DNA of 64,000 nucleotides. It comes from Longimicrobiales bacterium. Lineage in GTDB: Bacteria; Gemmatimonadota; Gemmatimonadetes; Longimicrobiales; Gaopeijiaceae. This document shows positions 1 to 8,003 of this stretch, piece by piece. The stretch's first letter is position 1. Each line of letters begins with the position of its first letter. The notes beneath the pieces were generated by a model that was given only the letters and a program-made list of their open reading frames with translations, had not been told where the DNA came from and did no database searches. Location of the stretch: NCBI GenBank assembly GCA_965197725.1, contig CBDANQ010000061.1, forward strand, positions 192,001-256,000. Direction: 5' to 3'. Position numbers and translations under genes: made by a program.

Positions 1-1
1 C

Positions 2-85
2 AAGGTCTACCTGGCCGACGACCTCAGGCACGAACGCAAGGTCGCGCTCAAGGTGCTGAAGCCAGAGCTCGCGGCCGTAGTCGGA
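2..85 (+). pseudogene. Fragment of Hanks-type Ser/Thr protein kinase (subdomains I-II), runs off window start, broken at ~85
   Basis: Frame from nt 2 reads KVYLADDLRHERKVALKVLKPELAAVVG (VAxK motif), then loses similarity and stops at ~136. Confidence 0.75.
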
Positions 86-290
86 AGGGCCAGCCCATCA
101 AGTACCTTCGCGACGCTTGGAACAGCGCATGTGTGAAGGCTGGCAACCCCGGCGCGTGGTTCCATGACCTCCGCCGGTCCGCCGTCCGCAACATGGAGCG
201 GGCTGGTGTGTGGAGGTCTGTCGCGATGAAGGTGACCGGCCACAAGACGGAGAGCATCTACAAACGCTACGCGATCGCTGACGTGGTGTC
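82..290 (+). pseudogene. C-terminal fragment of phage/ICE-type tyrosine recombinase (integrase remnant)
   Basis: RKGQPIKYLRDAWNSACVKAG..WFHDLRRSAVRNMERAGV..VAMKVTGHKTESIYKRY: HxLRR, GH and catalytic Y motifs; N-terminal part absent; lies next to the tRNA 3' end. Confidence 0.8.
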
Positions 291-366
291 GCTAGGGCTC
301 CGAGCACTCTCGATTCGGGAGAGACTCAGAGCCCTAATTCCTTGTAGCAACAATACCTTACACCCC

Positions 367-463
367 TGGCGGGAACGTGTGGGAATCGAACCCACCTACC
401 CGGGTTCTAGCCGGGCCGCACGGTTTTGAAGACCGCCGGAGACACCAGTCTCCCTCCGCCCCC
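367..463 (-). tRNA. selC: tRNA-Sec (anticodon UCA)
   Basis: Reverse complement GGGGGCGGAGGGAGACTGGTGTCTCCGGCGGTCTTCAAAACCGT...GTGGGTTCGATTCCCACACGTTCCCGCCA: 6-bp D stem with 4-nt loop, CTTCAAA anticodon loop, long variable arm, TTCGA T loop, G73 and encoded CCA. Confidence 0.93.
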
Positions 464-581
464 CCTCGAGGTGGTCGCCAGCCGTGTGACTGTCCAGCGA
501 CGGGGTCGGACGTTAGGGGCTAGCGCCGTCGCGGCCAAGGGGGCGGGCCGGTGACTTCTGCCTCCTCCTTAGTCCCCGTCC

Positions 582-1931
582 TCACGCGCCTTCGCGGTCG
601 ACCTGCCACGCTGCGGTCACCTCATCGAAGGTTTCGACCAGCGCGGCTCGCTGCTCGAGTAGCCGGTCGCGCCCGGGGCGGTGCCTCATCGCGCGCAAGA
701 ACACTCGAACGTCCTGGCGAACTTGGGCCTGTCGCTCCCGCCACGCGATCGCAGCAAGGCCCGCCACGGGAAGCGCGGCTGTGACCACGGCTGCCGTGGG
801 GAGCCCCCACTGGAACCACGTCGCCAAGGCCAGGAGTCCCCACCACAAGGGAAACGCGAGGATGGCCGTCCCGAGCTTGTAGGTGGCTACCTGATCGAGC
901 TTGGCCCGAAACTTCGGCGCAACGTGGCGCGTCAGCATGAACGGGAAACCCCAGATGGCCACCCCCAGTAGCGCCACCGGCAGCACCAACGTGAGCATGA
1001 AGAGCTGGCGCGCCACGTACCTCAGCACGATGCCGACCCGGTAGGTGGGCGGCACGTCTCCGTCGCTGGCACCGAGCAGCGTGAGCAACCGCAGGTAGCG
1101 CCGCACCGAATATCGCAGCTCGGTCAGTCGCGCGGGATCGGTTGTCCGCAACCACCGGATCCCACTGGCGAAGGCCCGCAACCGCGGAAGCCGGTCGGCC
1201 ATGCGGTCCTTCTCGCGCCAGCGTACGAGCTTCTTCTGGCGCGAGTATAGGCGCTCGGCGACCTCCACCAGTTCGCGATCGTCCGGATGGTCGAAGTTCA
1301 GCGTGACCGACTCGAGATTGTGCCGGATCCTGTCGGTGAGTTGGCGTACAGCGGCCCGGTCATCCTCTTCGTACCGAGCCCGGAGATCCGAGATCGAGAA
1401 CGGCTCCCCGAAGGCGGCGACGACCCGGCCCCGGAAGAGATGCTTACGCGTGTACGTGAGCCCCACTGCCTGCACACGCACCTCGAGCGTCCAGTCGCTC
1501 TGCGCCGCGGCCTGCAGGGCTATGCGAGCCGCCCCGGTCCGGATCGGCGTGAGCGAAGGCTCCGAATGACTCTGTCCCTCTGGATAGATCTGCACCGCCT
1601 CACCGGCCTGGAGAGCGCCGATCGCGGCATCAAAGGTGCGGTCATTCAGGTGCACCGAGGCGGGGTCGTCCTGACGCCGATACACGGGCAAGCCACCGAG
1701 CCCACGAAGGAGGGTTCCCGTGAGGGCCTGATCGAAGAGAGGGGCCTTTGCGAGAGGCCTCGAGGGGCGCCCACCGGTGCGGAAGATCACCAGCGGATCG
1801 ACGAGCGCGTTGGGGTGGTTCGCCGTAACGAGCACAGGGCCGGCCACGAGTGAGGGACCCGTCCGCTCCACGTCGTAGAAGACCGAGACGGCCCAACCGA
1901 CGAGCTTCGTGATGATGCGTGGCAGCAGCAA
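582..1931 (-). CDS. Lysophospholipid/glycerol acyltransferase (PlsC-like) with C-terminal membrane helices
   Basis: ANHPNALVD (HxxxxD) and YPEGQSH motifs; TTG start after GGAG chosen by eye. Confidence 0.8.
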   Translation of the reverse strand: MLLPRIITKLVGWAVSVFYDVERTGPSLVAGPVLVTANHPNALVDPLVIFRTGGRPSRPLAKAPLFDQALTGTLLRGLGGLPVYRRQDDPASVHLNDRTFDAAIGALQAGEAVQIYPEGQSHSEPSLTPIRTGAARIALQAAAQSDWTLEVRVQAVGLTYTRKHLFRGRVVAAFGEPFSISDLRARYEEDDRAAVRQLTDRIRHNLESVTLNFDHPDDRELVEVAERLYSRQKKLVRWREKDRMADRLPRLRAFASGIRWLRTTDPARLTELRYSVRRYLRLLTLLGASDGDVPPTYRVGIVLRYVARQLFMLTLVLPVALLGVAIWGFPFMLTRHVAPKFRAKLDQVATYKLGTAILAFPLWWGLLALATWFQWGLPTAAVVTAALPVAGLAAIAWRERQAQVRQDVRVFLRAMRHRPGRDRLLEQRAALVETFDEVTAAWQVDREGA

Positions 1932-2069
1932 GCGTACTCCCGTTTTGGAAGTCCCTCCGCACCCGCGAGCGAAGATGGGTCCCGGAAAGGGCCGTGGGAA
2001 AGGCCCTCGGCTGTCATCCCTATCCGCTCGTTGGTAGTTTCCCCACCGCATTCACCGCGCATCACCGAC

Positions 2070-3104
2070 ATGAAGACCCAAGACTCCATCGCGAGGGACC
2101 GCGCCGCGAGATATCCAGCGACACCGGGTTCGGTGAGCCCCATAGACCTAATCGAAGGAGCCCGGAACCCCGGAATGCCGTTGGAGCTGGACTGGATCCG
2201 GGAGATTCGCGTGAATCGGAGCGCGGTCGAGCGTCGCACGGCCACGCTAGGCGCGCGCCGGAGCGTGAAGAAGGAGTGGCAGGCGGCATGGTTGCTCAAA
2301 GCGATCACGTTGATCGACCTGACGACGCTCGCGGGTGACGACACGCCCGGTCGTGTTCGAAGACTCTGCGCGAAAGCGCGGCAGCCGGTGCGCCGCGACC
2401 TCCTCCAGGCGCTCGGCATGGGAGACGACTCCGTGCGCACGGGCTCGGTGTGTGTCTACCACGCGATGGTCCCGACCGCCGTCGAGGCGCTCGCTGGAAG
2501 TGACATCCCGGTGGCCGCCGTATCGACCGGCTTCCCCCACGGGCTGAACCCACTCCCGCAGCGTATCGCGGAGATCGAGGCCTCCGTGGCGGCTGGCGCG
2601 AAGGAGATCGACATCGTCGTGACCCGAGCGCACGTGCTCACCGGGAACTGGCAGGCGCTGTACGCCGAAGTGCGTGCGTTCCGGGACACGTGCGGCGACG
2701 CCCACATCAAGACGATCCTCGCGACCGGCGAGCTCGCGATGCTCCGCAACGTGCAAAAGGCGAGCCTCGTCTGCATGATGGCGGGGGCGGACTTCGTGAA
2801 GACGTCCACCGGAAAGGAGAGCGTGAACGCCACGCTTCCCGTGGGCCTGACGATGGCGCGCGCGATACGCGCCTACGCTGAGCGTACGGGGTACGCGATC
2901 GGTTTCAAGCCCGCGGGTGGAATCAGAACCGCCAAGGATGCCCTCTCCTGGCTGATCCTGATGAAGGAAGAGCTCGGAACCGGGTGGCTGCGGCCCAACC
3001 TGTTCCGGTTTGGCGTTTCGTCGCTGCTGGCGGACATCGAGCGGCAGCTCGAACATCACGTAACCGGGCGCTACTCCGCCCTTCACCGGCATCCGCTGGC
3101 ATGA
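2070..3104 (+). CDS. deoC: Deoxyribose-phosphate aldolase
   Basis: IDLTTL, EIDIV, ADFVKTSTGK, GFKPAGGIR motifs. Confidence 0.93.
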   Translation: MKTQDSIARDRAARYPATPGSVSPIDLIEGARNPGMPLELDWIREIRVNRSAVERRTATLGARRSVKKEWQAAWLLKAITLIDLTTLAGDDTPGRVRRLCAKARQPVRRDLLQALGMGDDSVRTGSVCVYHAMVPTAVEALAGSDIPVAAVSTGFPHGLNPLPQRIAEIEASVAAGAKEIDIVVTRAHVLTGNWQALYAEVRAFRDTCGDAHIKTILATGELAMLRNVQKASLVCMMAGADFVKTSTGKESVNATLPVGLTMARAIRAYAERTGYAIGFKPAGGIRTAKDALSWLILMKEELGTGWLRPNLFRFGVSSLLADIERQLEHHVTGRYSALHRHPLA

Positions 3105-5488
3105 GCAAGGTCGCCGAAGTCTTCGAGACGCTCGAATACGGCCCGGCTCCGGAGAGCACCCAGTTCGTCAACGAGTGGCTCGGGAAGCACGATCGTGCCT
3201 TCGGGCACTTCATCGGCGGCAGCTGGACTGACCCTTCGATAGGCGTGTCGTTCGAGACGGCGAATCCGGCGACCGCCGAACCGATCGCCAGGGTCAGCCA
3301 GGGTACCGTCGAGCACGTCCAATTGGCTGTGGCCGCCGCGCGTGCCGCCCAGCCGGGTTGGTGGGACCTCGGCTCGCACGGGCGTGCGCGCTATCTGTAC
3401 GCGATCGCCCGCAGGGTCCAGAAGTACGCGCGGCTGCTGGCCGTGCTCGAGAGCATGGACAGTGGCAAGCCGATCCGGGAGTCCCGCGACCTCGATATTC
3501 CGCTGGTCGCACGGCACTTCTACCACCACGCCGGGTGGGCGCAGTTGATGGAGGATGAACTCCCCGACTACGAACCCCTGGGCGTTGTCGGTCAGATCAT
3601 CCCGTGGAACTTCCCGCTGCTGATGCTCGCCTGGAAGATCGCGCCCGCGCTCGCGACGGGTAACACTCTGGTGCTCAAGCCGGCGGAGTTTACGCCGCTC
3701 ACCGCACTGCTCTTCGCCGAGCTGTGCCAGGAAGTGGGGCTACCTACCGGCGTCGTGAACATCGTCACCGGCGACGGGGAGACCGGCGCCGCCCTGGTCG
3801 ATCACCCCGACGTAGACAAGATCGCCTTCACCGGTTCGACCGACGTGGGGCGCGTCATCCGGGAGGCAACCGCTGGAAGCGGGAAGCGACTATCGCTGGA
3901 GCTGGGTGGCAAGTCCCCGTTCGTGGTCTTCGAAGACGCCGATCTCGACTCGGTCGTGGAAGGCGTCGTCGACGCGATCTGGTTCAATCAGGGCCAGGTG
4001 TGCTGCGCTGGTTCACGCATCCTCGTCCAGGAGGGTGTGGCCGAGGCTCTGGAGCGGAAGCTGCGCGCACGCATGGAGACCCTACGCATGGGCGACCCAC
4101 TCGACAAAGCCGTCGACATGGGCGCAATCGTGGCCCCCGTCCAGCTCGAGAGGATCAAGAGCCTCGTCGAGCAGGGTCGCTCGGAGGGTGCGGAAGTGTG
4201 GCAGCCCTCGTGGAGCGCTCCCCGTGACGGCTGGTTCTATCCCCCAACGCTGTGCACGAACGTGGCGCCGTCCGGCACCCTGGCGCAGATCGAGGTGTTC
4301 GGCCCCGTCGTCGTGATGATGACGTTCCGGACCCCCTCGGAAGCCGTCGCGCTCGCGAACGACACCCGCTACGGTCTCGCTGCGTCGATCTGGTCCGAGA
4401 ACATCAACCTCGCGCTCGACGTCGCGCCGAAGATCAAGGCCGGAACGGTGTGGGTGAACTGCACGAACCTCTTCGATGCGGCCTCCGGCTTCGGTGGCTA
4501 CCGCGAGAGCGGCTACGGCCGAGAGGGCGGTGAGGAAGGGCTCCTGGATTACGTGCGGCCCGCGTGGCAGCGCAGAGCCCCACTCGAACAGGAGCCCGTC
4601 CCGCACGAAGGGGTCGCGCAGGAGCCGACTGACGGCACGCCGGCCATCGACCGCACCGCAAAGTTGTACATCGGTGGCAAGCAGAGCCGGCCAGACGGGA
4701 ACTACAGCTGGCCCGTGTACGCCGCGGACGGCTCCGCCCTTGGCGAGGTCGGCCGAGGCAACCGCAAAGACGTTCGCAACGCGGTGGAGGCGGCACGTAA
4801 AGCGCAAGCGGGATGGGCCGCTCGGTCCGCCCACAATCGAGCGCAGGTTCTGTACTACTTTGCCGAGAACCTCGAGGCGCGCCGGGATGAACTGAGCGGA
4901 CGGCTGGCGGCGCTCTCCGGAGACGCCGAGAGCGCGCGCGGGGAATTCGAAGCCACCATCGACGGGATCTTCAGCTACGCTGCGTGGGCGGATAAGTGGG
5001 AGGGCCGCGTCCACCACACCCCCTTCCGCAACGTCACGCTCGCGATGAAAGAACCGATCGGGGTCATGGGCGCGGTATGTCCGCAGGCGCATCCCCTGCT
5101 CGGTTTCGTTTCGTGTGTCACGCCGCTCATCGCCGTCGGAAACGCTGTCGTAGTGGTTCCGTCAGAGGTCGGGCCGGTGCTCGCAACCGACCTGTATCAG
5201 GTCCTGGACACTTCGGACGTGCCCGGTGGGGTGGTGAACATCGTGACGGGTTTGAGGTCCGAGGTCGTGCCGACGCTCGAGAGCCACGACGACGTGGACG
5301 GAATCTGGCACTTCGGGAGCGCCGAAGATGCGCGCGCGGTCGAGAGCGCTTCCACCGGAAACATGAAGCGCACGTGGGTCAGTTACGGACGCGCGCGGGA
5401 CTGGTTCGATCGCCGGCAAGGTCAGGGGGACGAGTTCCTCCGCGAGGCGACCCAAGTCAAGAACATGTGGGTGCCGTACGGTGAGTAG
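3101..5488 (+). CDS. Two-domain aldehyde dehydrogenase (ALDH16-like), coupled to deoC
   Basis: IPWNFP, FTGST, LELGGKSP, GQVCCAG, EVFGP in first domain; second degenerate ALDH domain; ATGA overlap with deoC. Confidence 0.88.
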   Translation: MSKVAEVFETLEYGPAPESTQFVNEWLGKHDRAFGHFIGGSWTDPSIGVSFETANPATAEPIARVSQGTVEHVQLAVAAARAAQPGWWDLGSHGRARYLYAIARRVQKYARLLAVLESMDSGKPIRESRDLDIPLVARHFYHHAGWAQLMEDELPDYEPLGVVGQIIPWNFPLLMLAWKIAPALATGNTLVLKPAEFTPLTALLFAELCQEVGLPTGVVNIVTGDGETGAALVDHPDVDKIAFTGSTDVGRVIREATAGSGKRLSLELGGKSPFVVFEDADLDSVVEGVVDAIWFNQGQVCCAGSRILVQEGVAEALERKLRARMETLRMGDPLDKAVDMGAIVAPVQLERIKSLVEQGRSEGAEVWQPSWSAPRDGWFYPPTLCTNVAPSGTLAQIEVFGPVVVMMTFRTPSEAVALANDTRYGLAASIWSENINLALDVAPKIKAGTVWVNCTNLFDAASGFGGYRESGYGREGGEEGLLDYVRPAWQRRAPLEQEPVPHEGVAQEPTDGTPAIDRTAKLYIGGKQSRPDGNYSWPVYAADGSALGEVGRGNRKDVRNAVEAARKAQAGWAARSAHNRAQVLYYFAENLEARRDELSGRLAALSGDAESARGEFEATIDGIFSYAAWADKWEGRVHHTPFRNVTLAMKEPIGVMGAVCPQAHPLLGFVSCVTPLIAVGNAVVVVPSEVGPVLATDLYQVLDTSDVPGGVVNIVTGLRSEVVPTLESHDDVDGIWHFGSAEDARAVESASTGNMKRTWVSYGRARDWFDRRQGQGDEFLREATQVKNMWVPYGE

Positions 5489-5568
5489 CGGCCGGTGCCG
5501 TCGGCGGCGGGGCCAAGGAATAACTCGTGCTGCGTCCGCCGCCGGGATGCTTCTTCAAGGCGCCGCGC

Positions 5569-5982
5569 TCAACCGACCGAGCGACGTCGCGCTTGGTTTT
5601 CCACCCGCGCGATGCACTCGATCTCGACGTCACAGAACTTGGGGAGCGCCGCCGCCTGCACCGTGGCGCGCGCCGGCCGATGGTCCCCGAAGTGCCGCGC
5701 ATAGACCTCGTTCATCTCCGCGAACGTGTTCATGTCGGAGAGGAACACCGTGGTCTTCACCACGCTCTGGAGCGACGAGCCTGCGGCCTTGAGCACGTGC
5801 GCGAGGTTCTTGAGGCACAGGTCGGTCTGGTTGGCGACGTCACCACGGTTGACTTCACCGGACGCCGCATCGAGCGCAATCTGACCCGAACAGAAAACCC
5901 ATCCGTCGCTGATGACCGCCTGTGAGTACGGACCGATCGCGGCCGGGGCCCGGTCGGTGTGGACGCGCTTGAGCTCGCTCAT
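5569..5982 (-). CDS. ridA: RidA/YjgF/UK114 reactive intermediate deaminase
   Basis: APAAIGPYSQA, SGQI, PARATV, VEIECIA. Confidence 0.9.
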   Translation of the reverse strand: MSELKRVHTDRAPAAIGPYSQAVISDGWVFCSGQIALDAASGEVNRGDVANQTDLCLKNLAHVLKAAGSSLQSVVKTTVFLSDMNTFAEMNEVYARHFGDHRPARATVQAAALPKFCDVEIECIARVENQARRRSVG

Positions 5983-6015
5983 CTTGGGTGCTCCGTATTG
6001 TGTAGGCGCACGGCT

Positions 6016-7008
6016 CTATTCGGGGCCGTGACGCGCGACGTGTGCGCGCAACTCATCAGGTGAAACGGTCGCCACGCCGGCCTTGCCGACTTCGATAGCG
6101 GCGGCGTGGTTGGCGAGGATCGCGGCTTCCGTGGGGGTGCCACCGGCCGCGAGTACGACCGCCACGACGCCCGTGACGGTGTCCCCCGCACCCGACACAT
6201 CGTACACGCCGCGCGCTGCTGTCGGAATCCTCACCGACGTGCCCTCCGCGGTCTGCAACGCCATGCCGTGTTCACCGAGGGTGAGCAGCAGGTTCTGGCA
6301 GCCGAGTCTCTCGCGCGTGGCCTCCATCCAATCCGTGTCGTCCGCGTGAATGAAGTCCCCGAGCGTGTCGCCGAGCTCCTTGGCGTTGGGCTTGAAGACG
6401 GTCACGCCCCCGTAGTACGAGAAATTGCGTCGCTTGGGATCGACCACCGTGGGCAATCCCAGTCGCACGCCGGCCTCGACCACCGACGAGATGACCGACG
6501 GCGTGAGGACTCCCTTGTTGTAGTCTTGCATGACCAGCACATCGCTGTCCGCGGCGAGCTGCTCGACCTTGTCGCAAAGTGATCGCGCGAGGCTGACGCT
6601 CACGTCGCCGTCGTCCTCCACGTCGAAGCGCACGATCTGCTGGCGGAGCGCCAGGACCCGCGTCTTCTCGGTGGTTGGTCGCTCATCGGTCCTGACGAGG
6701 CCGTCGGTCCGCAGCCCGAGTTGGGAGAGCTTGGCCTCGATTAGCTCGCCAGCCGAATCAACTCCGACACAAGCCACAACGCAGCAGGTGGCGCCCAGGG
6801 CAGCGACGTTGGCCGCTACGTTGCCGGCTCCCCCGACCGCGGCGGTGGTCTCGGCTACACGCACGACAGGCACCGGGGCTTCTGGTGATACGCGGTTTAC
6901 GGGACCGGAGATGTACCGATCGAGCATCAGGTCGCCGACCACGAGCACGCGCCGGCCGGCGGCGGTAGCGAGGACCTCCTCGAGACGCTCTGGGCTCAGC
7001 CGATCCAC
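6016..7008 (-). CDS. rfaE1: D-glycero-beta-D-manno-heptose-7-phosphate kinase (HldE kinase domain, PfkB family)
   Basis: VGDLMLDRY, RVSPEAPVPV, DYNKG, VYDVSGAGDTV; start approximate. Confidence 0.85.
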   Translation of the reverse strand: MDRLSPERLEEVLATAAGRRVLVVGDLMLDRYISGPVNRVSPEAPVPVVRVAETTAAVGGAGNVAANVAALGATCCVVACVGVDSAGELIEAKLSQLGLRTDGLVRTDERPTTEKTRVLALRQQIVRFDVEDDGDVSVSLARSLCDKVEQLAADSDVLVMQDYNKGVLTPSVISSVVEAGVRLGLPTVVDPKRRNFSYYGGVTVFKPNAKELGDTLGDFIHADDTDWMEATRERLGCQNLLLTLGEHGMALQTAEGTSVRIPTAARGVYDVSGAGDTVTGVVAVVLAAGGTPTEAAILANHAAAIEVGKAGVATVSPDELRAHVARHGPE

Positions 7009-7022
7009 GGACCGCGCCCCCC

Positions 7023-7532
7023 TCAACCTAGAGCGTCCTCCAGAGCCTCTCGGAACTCCGAGTCCGCCTCGCTCAGCGGCCCGTACTGCATCCAGCGCAG
7101 GACACCCTCGCGGTCGATCAGAAACGTCGCGGGAAGCCCCAACACCTGATAGCTATCCATGCCGCGCATCTGCGGATCGAGCAGGACCGTGTAGGTAACG
7201 CCATACTCCTCCATGAACATCTCGACCTGGTCGGCGGCGTTGCCGGTGTCCATGGAGGCGCCGACGATCCGGAACCCTTCCCCCTCGTGCCGCTCGAAGA
7301 GCTCCTGGAGGAAGGGCGTCTCTTGGCGGCAGGGGGCACACCAGGTGGCCCACATGTTCAAGAGCACGACGTTACCCCTGAGCGACTCGAGCGAGACTGT
7401 CTCGCCTTGCATATCCACCGCCTCGTAGCTGGGCGCCGGCGAGCCCGGCCTGGGCGGCTCGGGAGCGTCCGCCTGTGCGCACGCCACGGTCAAGGCCGCC
7501 GGCACCATGGCGGTCATAAGTCTGATATTCAT
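7023..7532 (-). CDS. TlpA/ResA-type thiol:disulfide oxidoreductase lipoprotein
   Basis: Lipobox VAC, NMWATWCAPC, GLPATFLIDREG. Confidence 0.88.
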   Translation of the reverse strand: MNIRLMTAMVPAALTVACAQADAPEPPRPGSPAPSYEAVDMQGETVSLESLRGNVVLLNMWATWCAPCRQETPFLQELFERHEGEGFRIVGASMDTGNAADQVEMFMEEYGVTYTVLLDPQMRGMDSYQVLGLPATFLIDREGVLRWMQYGPLSEADSEFREALEDALG

Positions 7533-7735
7533 CGGTCTTCCATGTGCAATCGTGTCACGCGTACCAGCGAGCTCAGTTACACGGCGTCCTCAGACGCGGA
7601 CAGAAACGGCTCGCCGCTGTCACCTCCAGCTGGCGACACCATGGCCTCGAACGACAGTGCCAACGCCGGTGGGCCGGCTTCCTGGCACGCTGCCAGGACC
7701 GTCAGAAAGGCCAGAACAGAAAGCGGGGTCACCAT
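7529..7735 (-). pseudogene. Collapsed lipoprotein gene remnant upstream of TlpA (internal TAA and probable large deletion)
   Basis: MVTPLSVLAFLTVLAAC (lipobox)...SPAGGDSGEPFLSASEDAV*LS..VRVTRLHMEDR*; TAA at 7577-7579; final TGA overlaps the TlpA ATG. Confidence 0.55.
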
Positions 7736-8003
7736 CGCCGCCTAGGTTGTTATGAGTTCGACGCACTACCGCAGGACACGGGAGGCAGGGATCTTGCTTG
7801 CATCCCCATCCTGAAGTCGAGAGAATTTCACTAGGGTTCCCCCCGGCGGTCAATACAGGGGAACCTAGTCGTCGGACCGAGGGGTTACCAATCGTTGGCA
7901 GCGGCCGGTAACGAAACCCCCGAGGCGGGACTCGGTATGTGTGGTTTCGCCGACGGCGACCGTCGTAATGGATGGGTCGGGCGGTGGCAATTCAATTTAG
8001 GCG

